Shown in pieces: positions 1 to 11,198 of a stretch of 64,000 nt of DNA. The position numbers and the translations under genes were made by a program. Below the pieces are notes generated by a model, which ran no database searches, was not told the origin of the DNA, and was given only the letters and a program-made list of their open reading frames with translations. Numbering within the stretch: position 1 is the first letter of the stretch; each line of letters opens with the position of its first letter. Source of the DNA: Azolla caroliniana (taxonomy: Eukaryota > Plantae > Polypodiophyta); assembly GCA_043228905.1 (NCBI GenBank), contig JBHGNT010000009.1, forward strand, positions 11,594,001-11,658,000. Reading direction: 5' to 3'.

Positions 1-473
1 AAAGACATATATAGGCTTTTAGAACGTTTTGGCCCTTATCACACCAGTATGCCCACAAGGGTTTTGATTCTACTAGCTTTCTCTCTTGTGTATTCTTCCC
101 TTGCACCTTGACTTGCATCATTGATACCAACATTGATATCATTGTAGGGTTGTTAAGTGTATGACATGTACTTAGCATCCCTTGAATTGAATGAGTGCAT
201 AATCTTGGGCATAACATGCCAAAATCTCCTTGCCAAGCCCGAGTCTACCGAGTTAATTTGAGTGGAAGGATCAAGCTTAGGTGAGAGGTGGATGCCAATA
301 GAGGTGAGGTTGGAGAGGAAGGCATGGTTGGTGGGAGAGACATTTGGTTGAAAAGGAGGATGATTTGTTTGGGGTGGGGGGAGATAAAAGGACGGAGGTG
401 GTGCAAGAACATGGAGGGTTGTGTTCATAGTTGGAGCAAAGGGGGAGTAGAGCAGAACAAACCATGTATCAAC

Positions 474-1190
474 TATCATGAAGACATACATTTTGGCTTA
501 TCAAGAGTCGAACCTACAACTTCTTGGTCTATATGTTGAACCTTTAACCATTGTAATAACATATATGGTGTGTAATTATAATAAGGGAAAAGTACTAGGA
601 TACCCATGGAAGTTCATCTATTTACCAGAATGCCCTTGGAAGTTCCAAATTTACCAAACTACCCCTATGTCCAAAAAATTACACTTTATAAAGTAATTAT
701 ACACTCAAATCTTTGGTAAATAGGGCTAGTTCGGGTCCATTTCTTCCATCTTTGGTAAATAGGGCTTGTAGATTTAAGTGTATAATTACTTTATAAAGTG
801 TAATTTTTTGGACATAGGGGTAGTTTGGTAAATTTGGAACTTCCAAGGGCATTCTGGTAAATAGACAAACTTCCAGTGGTATCCTGGTACTTTTCCCTTA
901 TAATAATTATATTTTTAGTTATTACAAGATATTTCGAATATTCTAGAACATTCTTGAATATTTCATTATTATATTTATTATCATAAATATCTAAAATATT
1001 CTATAGAACATTCTAGAATACTCCATAAAGATCTATAAATAGGTGTCCATACATTCATCACAATTCATTCAGTTCAACACCAGTCTTTAGCCCTTAGCCT
1101 ACTCTTTGTAACCTTGGTTTTTCTTAATATAATCTCATTTCCATTTCCTGTCTTATCTCTCTCTCTCTCTCCTACTCACGAGTAATGACA
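474..1190 (+). mobile_element. Solo LTR of a Ty3/Gypsy chromovirus-like family, interrupted by a MITE
   Basis: Termini TATCATG (decayed TGTCATG) and ATGACA, with a perfect 5-bp TSD TCAAC (469-473 / 1191-1195). TATAAAT near 1033 is followed by CAGTTCAACACCAGTC, as in the LTRs at 12680, 17023 and 51438. About 395 bp once the MITE is removed. Confidence 0.8.
585..897. mobile_element. Mutator (MULE)-type MITE / foldback element
   Basis: Terminal inverted repeats of about 128 bp (GGGAAAAGTAC... 585-712 versus ...GTACTTTTCCC 770-897). Perfect 9-bp TSD TTATAATAA (576-584 / 898-906). No coding capacity. Confidence 0.9.
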
Positions 1191-1452
1191 TCAACCATGT
1201 TTCAAAGCCATGTTGGGAGGATGAAGGTGGGCTGGTTGCATGCATCGAGTGAGTGATCATTTGGTGCTTGGTGGGGCCATTATTGAGGTCATCGGTGAAT
1301 ATTAGGATAGTCGTACTAGTGGAATCATGGACACTCAAGGGGATGTGAGGAGAGGAGAAGTTGTAAAAATGTTTGAAGACAAAATGTTCTTTGAACATTG
1401 GGATTAGATCTTTTGATGGACTTTATGATTAATGTTGGTGTTGATAATTAGT

Positions 1453-1734
1453 TGTTGAGAATCAAACTCAACTTCCCTAGTGTGGGAACACACCTTAGTA
1501 TACTCAAGTGTGTGAACACCCCACCTCCTAGTATAGTAACTAGTGTGTCATAGAACTTTAAGGTTCTATGACACATATTTAGTAGATAGTTAAGACTTCA
1601 CCTCTTCAAGTGGTGGTTGTAGTAAGAGAACATGGAGAGAAGGTGATTACATAAGCATCTTCTCCTCCTCTTTGTAATGTTGGTTCATTCATGTTATTGT
1701 TAATACAGTCTTCTTGTTTCCTGCATACATTGTG

Positions 1735-1798
<64 letters not shown>

Positions 1799-1836
1799 TC
1801 TCTTCCGCTGCACAGTATCACTCCTGATTCTTTCCA
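1453..1836 (+). repeat. 5' LTR of the Copia element
   Basis: Direct repeat of 6459-6717 plus 11151-11243. Contains a (TC)n(AC)n tract and is followed directly by the PBS. Confidence 0.9.
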
Positions 1837-2062
1837 TGGTATTAGAGCGCTTGGTAACTTGATCCAAGTTCATCCGCATGTGTTATGTCTAAGCCCACCT
1901 TCACGAAGAACCGATCGATCGCTATAGCAGCAACTTGCACAGTATCACTCCTGATTCTTTCCATGGTATCAGAGCGCTTGGTAACTTGATCTAAGTTCAT
2001 CCGCATGTGTTATGTCTAAGCCCACCTTCATGAAGAACCGATCGATCGCTATAGCAGCAACT
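1809..2062 (+). repeat. 127-bp tandem duplication spanning the U5 end and PBS
   Basis: Units 1809-1935 and 1936-2062 are near-identical. PBS copies at 1837 and 1964. Junction microhomology TGCA(C/T)AGT. Confidence 0.9.
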
Positions 2063-2140
2063 TGCATAGTTCGTATCAAGAGAAGAAGAAGAAGAAGAAG
2101 AAGAATCGCTCCATACAAATCAATCAACCTGAATACTCAG

Positions 2141-5100
2141 ATGGGAAGCGCTCTTCCTACCGAGAAACTCGATAGAAATAATTTCGCATCATGGGAATAC
2201 AAGATGCACCAATACCTTATCGGCCAAGGTTATTGGGGTTACATCGAGGGAGCACAAGAAAATTAACCCAACTCGGCACATGCCAACCACCTAGTTTGGG
2301 AGTAAGCGGCGAGTCACATGTTGTATTGCTTGGGGCAACCTCAAGAAGAGTTTTGTCACCAACACGGTCGCATGCAAGCTTCAATTCCGACAAGAGTTGA
2401 ACAAATATACAATAGAGGGATATGCCAATCACCAACTATACCTTGAAGATCAAGGAACTGTGCGATGCCCTCGAATCGATTAATGTCATCATCAACGATG
2501 ATGAAATAGTGCAAATATGCCTCAGCGGCTTAGCACCACGATTCAACATGATCAGATCGACCATCCTTGCAAGGGAGAATCCTCCCTCCTTTTTCGATCT
2601 TTAGTCGATACTGTTGATCGAAGAAAATCACATCCAACAAAGGAGCAATGCACATGATGGTCAAATGCTCTACTCCAAGTCGGATAAGGGAAGAGGATTT
2701 CGCCAAGGAAATAGAGGTCAATTCGAATGAGGCCGACAGGGTCAGCCGACCTGAGAACATAACTCCCACCATTGGCAGGAGGTCAGGAACACTCCTAGGG
2801 AGTTCGGTAGAAGGGGAAGCCATCCTGCCGAACCAAGCCACCAAAACAGCCCGATCGAATGCGGGTACTATGGAAAACTCAGTCACTACGAAGAGGAGTG
2901 CCGAAAGAAGAAACGAGAGTTAGCTTCGACTAGCTGACAATTCACGAAATATGCCACAAATTCCGATTATGACGATCATGGCAAAATGTTCGTAATGAGG
3001 CATAAAGCACACTCAATGTCAGCACAAAGTTTGATTGACACCTCTTCATCAGACAATGTATGGTTTATCGACTATGGAGCATCCAATCACATGACGTCTC
3101 ACGAAGATTGGTTCCAAGAGTTGAGGAGCCCGATCAACCCGGCTATGTCGAAACTAGAGATGACACAACTCACCCCATTCGGCATGTCGGAAATGTCACA
3201 TTCGGGAATGATGGCAAATAAACCTACCTTAAGAACGTTCTGCATGTCTCAACCATCACGAAAAATCTGGTCTCAATTAGTCAAATAGTAGAACAAGGCA
3301 TGCAAATGCGGTTCAACAATGAAGGGTGCTTCATTGGAAAAGACGATTTACTCGTAGCCCACGGTCGACGAGAAGGCCGAATGCTCATCCTCGAGGTGAA
3401 ATCGGTCATGTTTGCAAAATGACTCAAAGTCAAAACCGACTTGAAACTACGGCACAAGAGAATCGGCCACATCAATATCCGGAAAGTCAAAAACATGCAA
3501 TCGAAAGGAGTCATCATCGGACTCTCAATATCCAGAGCATTGATATATGTGAGGCGTGCCAATTCGGCAAACAACGCCAACATCCATTCCCGACAGAGAG
3601 GTATGTGAGCAAAGGAGTCTTAGATGTAGTCCACTTCGACGTTTGGGGATCGGCACAGACAACCACATTCGGTAGATGTTGACATTACGTGTCGTTCATT
3701 GACGACTTCTCCAGGTACACCTGGATCTACCCCCTATGGCAAAAGAGCGAAGTGTTCGGACACTTCCAATGGTTCAAGAATGAAGTCGAGAAAGCGACAG
3801 GACAACATGTCTGATGCCTTTGATCAGATGGCAACAAGGAGCATTTCTTTGATGCCTTCACAACATACCTTCGATAAGAAGGAATTCGACGGGAGTTCAC
3901 CTACCGACATACACCTCAACATAACAGAGTAACCGAATGCAAGAATCGGCACATATTAGAGGTGGCAATAGCAATGATGAATGAAAAGAACCTGCCAAAA
4001 TCGTACTGGGCAGAAGCGGCCAGTTTCTTGGGAAGAAACCTGACTTATCCCACATTAGGATATTCGGTTCAATCGCATATGTACATATTCCCAACGAGAA
4101 GAGACAAAAGCTTGATCCCAAGTCAGAGAAATGTATTCTCATTGTGTACTCACTCGAACAAAAGGGGTACAAGTGTTATAACCCATCTACCCAAAAAGTT
4201 TGTGTGAGTCGTGACATCGTCTTCAACGAATTGGCATCCTGGTACGAACCAGAGACAACTCTAACTCCAACCCTCTGTTGACCTACACTTGGCTGACCAA
4301 GAGATAGAAGACGAAGATCGACTCAGGCACATGTTCGAAGAAAGTCCAATTACAACCAAACTGAGTGGACCTCAAGAGCCTCCAAGCGATCAAAGCACAT
4401 TTTGGCTGAGTCTGAAGCTGGACAAAGAGAAGGCCAAAATGTTGGAGTACAAGGACCTAGTCGACACACTCACTCGATAGTGAGCTCGAAGGCCTCGATA
4501 CTCCTATGATCCGGACGAATGGAGTAAAGAAAGTTATTATCGCTACAAACAAGAAACTTCGTCGCTCCACCCAAGAGAAAAACCCAGTCAGCCGATTCGG
4601 CTACGACGACTATATGGCATATCACTATGCCTTTATGATGAAGGGGGCGACAGTTCGAGAACCCGAAACATTTTCCGAGGCAGCCAAGGATCCACAATGG
4701 ATTGAAGCCATGAATGAGGAGATGCATGCGCTATGCAAGAACGAGACATGGGATCTCGTCCCTCGTTCTCCACATAAGAAAGAGATCGGCTACATATGGA
4801 TATATAAAATAAAATATAATGTTGATGGCTCAATGAACCACTACAAGGCTCGACTCGTAGCTAAGGGATATGCTCAAGCACACGAAGTCGACTATGATGA
4901 GACCTTTGCCCCGGTGGCAAAGATGACGATTGTTCGGACAGTCCTTGCACTCGCAGCTATTAAAGGGTGGCACCTCCACCAAATGGACGTGAAGAATGCA
5001 TTTCTTCAAGGAGAATTAGAAGCGGAGGTCTTCATGATTCAACCACCTAGTTTCGAATCGACCAAGCATCTGACCATAGTCTACCGACTCAAGAAGCCAT

Positions 5101-6215
5101 TGTACGAACTCAAGCAAGTACCACGTGGTTGGCACTTAAAGATCACTCAGTAGCTTCACCAAATCAGCTTCCACATGTCCAAATCAGATAACTCTCTCTA
5201 CATCAGAAGCGATTTGGACAACCCGATTGTCATCATCTTGTACATGGATGATTTGGTCATCGAAGGAAAGAATGTAGTCGACATCAATACGGTCAAATCA
5301 CTCCTATCCAGCAGATTCGAAATGAAAGACATGCACGAGCTCCATTACTTCCTCAGTATAGAAGTAATTAGGACACCAGTCCAGATTATGCTCTTTTTGT
5401 GGCACTACATCATCAACTTGCTCTACAAGTTCGGGATGACTGAGTGCAAACCTGTGTCCACCCCTCTCGATCGAAACCTAAAGCTAGGTGTTAACTCTGG
5501 AATAGATGAGCGTGACCCGACTCAGTATCATCAACTGATCGGTAGCTTAATCTATCTCACCATCACACGGCCTGACCTCAGTTATCCGGTCGTTCTACTT
5601 AGCCAATTCATGCAAAAACCTTGGGATATTCATCTGGATTGCGCTAAGAGAGTACTCAAGTACATCCGTGGGATGATGGATTACGACATCATGTATAAGT
5701 CGAACACGATCATTCGACTCAAAGGGTACACAGATGCAGATTGGGCCGACTATAAGGCCGATAGACAATCAACATGAGGGTTCACCTTCTCCCTTGGCAG
5801 CAGATCTATCTCCTAGAGTAGCAAGAAGCAGCCAATAGTTGCACTATCGAGCACAGAAGCCGAATACAAGGGCCCGTCCATCGCTGCATGTGAAGCCGTT
5901 TGGCTGAAAAGAATATTGAAGGATTTGGGCATCCCCATCAAGGATCCGATTCTCCTTTACTACGACAACATGAGCAATATCCACTTGGCTCGGAACCCGG
6001 TGTTCCATGCGGGCACAAAGCATATCGAAGTGCACTATCACTTCATCAGAGAGCGCATTCCGGCAAGAGATGTCGACCTACAACACATCAGCACGAACCT
6101 TCAAGTAGCAGACATCTTCACAAAAGCCTTAAGAGTCGACAAGCTCAAGCAATTCATGACAGGCCTTGGCCTAACACTAGCTGCATTGTCGAGCTTGAGG
6201 GGGAGTACAATATAG
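2141..6215 (+). pseudogene. Copia gag-pol polyprotein, disrupted
   Basis: Fragments: LPTEKLDRNNFASWEYKMHQYL (gag), WFIDYGASNHMT (protease), CEACQFGKQ...VHFDVWG (integrase), YKARLVAKGYAQ / QMDVKNAFLQG / LYMDDL (RT), YTDADW / TKHIEVHYHFIRE (RNase H). Many stops and frameshifts. Confidence 0.9.
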
Positions 6216-6885
6216 TACAGTCGATCGACTCAGTCAATCAATCGATTGAAGCCGACCAAGGGGAGTCGAAGTAGGAAGCCGAACAAGCCACACAAAGTGA
6301 ACTGGATGAAGGAGCCGGTTGACACAAAGTTGAACGGAGTAAAGTAGACGTAGGAGTGACCCAACCATCCATAGTCGAAGCCGGAGCAGACTCAAAGCCG
6401 ACCCGAGGACCAGTCCGAACCAACTATTCGGCTACCGGAAGTTGTGTTTGAAGGGGCACGTTGAGAATCAAACTCAACTTCCCTAGTGTGAGAACAAACC
6501 TTAGTATACTCAAGTGTGTGAACACCCCACCTCCTAGTATAGTAACTAGTGTTTCATAGAACTTTAAGGTTCTATGACACATATTTCATAGATAGTTAAG
6601 ACTCCACCTCTTTTTTAAGTGGTGGTTGTAGTAAGAGAACATAGAGAGAAGGTGATGTTGGTTCATTCTTGTTCTTGTTTTCTGTATACATTGTGTTCTC
6701 TCTCTCTCTCTCTCTCTAAACGGAAGGTAGATCTTTGCCCCACGGTTCCTCAAACGGAAGGTAGATTTTGAAGCCCTAAATCAAGTGAAAGGTACATTCT
6801 CTCTCCTTCCCTCTCTGTCTCTCTCTTCCCATAGGGTTTGTCCCTAGAATGGCAAATACTCGTAAAACTGCTGCAGTTCGAGGGT

Positions 6886-7716
6886 ATGATTGATAATGAG
6901 CCGAGATCACCAACAAATCTCGATTCTAATGCAATGGACAAAATGCTTATGAGTCACTTGATTTCTCTTCAAGAAACCATAAACAAGCAAGGTGAAGAGA
7001 TTAGGACGTTAATGAAAGAGAATACTAAGCTCCAAAGTGTTGTCATTGAGAAGGAAAGTCTTAAACAAGTGGTTGCAAAACTTCAAGAAGAGATTCAAGA
7101 ATGTAAAAGAGCTTCTTTTGAAACAAATGAGCGCCTTAACAAGATTGAGTTAAAGGAAGCATTAAAAGAAGAAAAATTGGACACGATGAGGCGGGATGTA
7201 AGCGAGATGAAAAATGTATGTACAACGAAGTCATGGGCCGATGTATGTGGTGGGGATGTGCTATCAAACTCATATAATATGCATGTGATGCATCAAGAGA
7301 AGAATATAGAAAGCATAAATGTCCGAGAATTGAAAGAACGTGAAGGACGATCAAAGAACATTGTCGTCTCTGGGATTAAAGAAGAGAGTATGGAAACACC
7401 CGCATCCCTTGGAAAGGCCATTGGTGAATTTTTTAGCATGCATTATGGGATGTCAAATGTGAATGTATATGGGGCACACCGAGTTGGGAAACATGGTGTT
7501 ACTCGCTCCGGAGAAAGGCCTACTGTATGCACAATGACAGATGATACAAAGCGGCGGATCATACTCGAAAATAGTTGGGTATACCTCGAAGGTACACAAT
7601 GTTTTGTGAGTGAAGATCGTACTATCTCACAACAAAATGCTCGTTGTAAAGCATATGAAGAAAGGTTGAAAAACAAGGTTAAGGATGTGCCTAAAGATGG
7701 AAATGTAGGCAAATAG
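6886..7716 (+). CDS. LINE ORF1 protein (coiled-coil plus RRM-like domain)
   Basis: Open frame with first ATG at 6886. Heptad-rich N-terminal half, then RSKNIVVSGIKE...AHRVG...RP...FVSEDRT, typical of L2/CR1-type ORF1p. Confidence 0.75.
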   Translation: MIDNEPRSPTNLDSNAMDKMLMSHLISLQETINKQGEEIRTLMKENTKLQSVVIEKESLKQVVAKLQEEIQECKRASFETNERLNKIELKEALKEEKLDTMRRDVSEMKNVCTTKSWADVCGGDVLSNSYNMHVMHQEKNIESINVRELKEREGRSKNIVVSGIKEESMETPASLGKAIGEFFSMHYGMSNVNVYGAHRVGKHGVTRSGERPTVCTMTDDTKRRIILENSWVYLEGTQCFVSEDRTISQQNARCKAYEERLKNKVKDVPKDGNVGK

Positions 7717-7722
7717 GGACAC

Positions 7723-10700
7723 GTGATCTATGAGACTAACCCACGCCTTTTACGACTATGCTTTTGGAATTGCAATGGATACCCATGGAATGCGGGATTT
7801 GGCATAGAGGAGTTCACCGATGACTCGGATATCACACTTCTTGTTGAAACATGGGAGCATGATACTCAAAGGATTCAAGGTTTAGGAAACTATAATGTAC
7901 ACTCTTTGATATGGAAGAAAAATTCAAGACAAAGAAGAGGACAAGGAGGGATGGCATGTTTGATTAAGAAGGAAATAGAGAAATATGTGTCAATCATAAA
8001 AAATGATGAAAATAAATGCTACATATGGCTCAAAATAGAAACACCTAATGATTTGCCCACTTTTGTAGTTGGATGTTACATTCCTCATCAAGATTCTAAC
8101 TTTTATGCTTGTTTGGATAAAGATCAACCGTTTGCCAATCTAGAAGATGATATTGCTTATTTCAAATCCAAAGGGGAAGTTATTGTCTTTGGTGACATGA
8201 ATGCTCATATAAGAAGTTTCCAACTTGATTCACAAGAATCTTTCATGCCACATATCTCAAGGATGCAAGAGGATATGCAAATGTATAACCGCTCTTCTAA
8301 CGATGAAAAAGATCCGGACTAATTTGGGAAGTTACTCCTACAAATGTGCAATAGTACCGGATTGCTTATTGCAAATGGTATTTCCTTATGGCCCAACACT
8401 AATGGTTTTACATGTAGAAAACAAAACGGAAATAGTGTGATTGACTATGTGCTACTTTCCAAAGGTATTTTGGATCGTATACATAAATTCTCACTTAGTG
8501 AATGGACACCGGAATCCGATCATAGGCCTTTATGTATTGATCTCAAATGTATGCATAGGTTTGATTGTGAGAAGGCTATTGAAGATAATAAACAACCGCA
8601 CTTGAGCATGAACCTTAAGCGAGCACCCATGTATTCCAAGATGGTTGAGGATATGTTACAAATGACAAAGATACAACATGGTGCCACACTAGAATGCAAA
8701 TGGGAAGCTTTCAAGAAAGTCATTCTCTCATGTACAAACAAATGTTTTTCGACCAACCGCACATCTTGGAAATGCACCAAGAAACTTAGGAAAAAATGGT
8801 TTGATAAAGAATGTCGTGAACCTCGAAAGTGCCTTATGGTTTTGGATGTAGTTAAGGATAAGGAGAATTACCAAAAGCATTTGCATGAGTATAAAAGGCT
8901 TATTCAAAGAAAGAGAAGAATATGGGAAGTTACTCAACAATTTATCCAAACGCAAGAGAAAGCACATGCATGTGCTAAATTTTGGGGAAATCTAAAGGGA
9001 AAACATGTTGAGAGTTATGGTGACTTAAATCTTCACGACTTGTCTATGGATTGTAAGAATTTATATGATTTATCTCTTGCCGGAAAGATGATGTGTTATG
9101 GTTCTCTTTCACATATGCCTCCCTTCTTTACAATTGAAGATATATGCATAGGACTTAAGAAATTGGCCTCTCGAAAGGCAAGCGATCTTCAATGTATAAA
9201 GGCTGAAATGCTCAAATGGACAGGAAAGGAAGCACATATATGGATAAGCGATATGTTTAATGATGCATTGCAACATGGTATGCCGTACGATTGGACTACA
9301 AATTGGATCAAACCTTTACATAAAGGTGGAGATATAAATAATGTAAACAACTATCGAACCATCATGGTTGGCTCATTAATGGCAAAACTATTTGGATGTA
9401 TAATGGAATCAAAGATAAGTGTATGGGCTGAAAAAAGTGGTAAGAGACCTTATGGACAAGCTGGCTTTCGGAAACACCATAGCACCATTGATCACCTTAT
9501 CACCCTTCGAGTATTAATGGAGGAAAGTTGCCTTAGAGGTAAAGGTTTATATTGTTGCTTTGTAGACTTCAAGAAAGCTATTGATATGGTACCTCGTGAG
9601 CATCTTTGGAGGCGAATGGAAGAACTTGAGGTGCCAAGTGAATATATGCTTGCAATTTCCCGAATTTATAAGAAGGTTATATGTTGTGTGCGCATGAGAG
9701 ATAAACTTTCAGATTTTTTCAAAAGCACTATTGGTGTTAAGCAAGGATGCCCACTCTCACCAACACTATTTGGTCTATGCATTGATGAATTGGAAGAAAT
9801 GGTTACCAAGTTTGCAAAGGAAGAATGTGTTGAAGAAGTTGCCATTGGGAATGTTGTGATTATGCTTTTGCTATATGCAGATGATGTAGTGCTTTTTGCA
9901 AATACTTTAGGAGATGCACAAAAGCTTATGAAGGCATTGGAAAATTTTTGCATGCATACTAAATTAAGTGTCAATAGCTCTAAAACAAAGATTATGCTTG
10001 TGAAGAGCCAAAAAAGAGATAAACCATGCATTATGTACAACAATGAGCCACTTGAATGTGTGGAAAGCTTCAAATATCTTGGCCTCGAAGTTCCTTCAAA
10101 TCATAGATGGAATGAATGTGCTACACGCCGCTTAGAGGCAGGCAAGTGAGCATACTATGCATTTGAGAACACATGCAATCTTGGAGATATTAAGTGTTGG
10201 GTCCTCAAGAAATATCTTTTCGACACTTTGGTGACACCGGTTCTTCTCTATGGGGTGGAAGTATGGGGCGGTAGCATCCCTAAATCTATGTGGAAAGAGT
10301 TTGAAAATGTCCAAAAGCATTTTCTTACCAAGTTTCTACAAGTTAAGAAACAAACGCCCTACACCCTCCTCCTCCTTGAGACGGGATCGCTTCCCATTGA
10401 GATCATGGCCATGGAAAGGGTTGTTGAATACATGCTTAAGGTTCAAAAAAGTCCCTCACATCGACTTCCTAGAATTGCGTGGGAAGCAAGCAAAAAGATC
10501 CAAAAGATGCATAAAAGAAAATTTTTGTGTTCCGGTTGGATGCAAGATATAGAAAAATGGTTTGGTAGATGGGATGCAAGACACTTGCTTCATGATGCAT
10601 CGTTAGATTCCTCTGTAAATGAGGCATTTTTGCAACGCCAATGTATCATGACATGGGACAAATGTGGAGGCTCACGCTTCACACATTATACTACACATGT

Positions 10701-11094
10701 TGCACCTAACTACAAAACCATATTCTTTGCGGAACGGGGAAATCGTACACATCCATACATGTTAGAGCCCATGCCGTTATCTGTCATTCGAACCATTGCT
10801 TCCATGCGACTTGGCTCACATGCATTGCGATGTGAAACAGGGCATTGGGGTACAAGTGATGAGAGTGATCGGATATGCAGACTTTGCCCTAAACAAGTTC
10901 GCGAGTCTGAGTATCACACTTTGATACAATGCTCTGCCTTTGATCATATTCGACCATGCTTTCCACATCTCTTCAATCGAGCCCAATCTTTGCATGAATT
11001 CCTCTCACAACCACAATGTGCACTCTCGATTGCAACATTCATTGGTAAAGTTGAACATCGAGAGCCACTACTCACTTTCACACGTATCACGTGA
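7723..11094 (+). pseudogene. LINE ORF2: AP endonuclease, reverse transcriptase and C-terminal Cys/His motif
   Basis: ORFs 7723, 8344 and 10228 are in one frame, broken only by TAA 8320-22 and TGA 10147-49. APE motifs WNCNG, LVETW, GDMNA, IDY, SDH. RT motifs NYRTI, QAGFR, FVDFKKA, GVKQGCPLSPTLF, YADD, FKYLG. C-terminal RICRLC...ESEYH...C. Confidence 0.92.
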
Positions 11095-11150
11095 AATGTA
11101 ATATTTTTGGTCTCATAGGTCATATTTGACCTCCGAAGACGATAATATAA

Positions 11151-11198
<48 letters not shown>

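Larger units (their letters stand above)
6718..11150 (+). mobile_element. Near full-length non-LTR retrotransposon (LINE; RTEX/CR1-group-like) inserted in a (TC)n microsatellite
   Basis: ORF1 plus an APE-RT-CCHC ORF2. (TC)n on both sides, a short ATAATATAA 3' end, and a duplicated AAACGGAAGGTAGAT motif at the 5' end. Confidence 0.85.
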
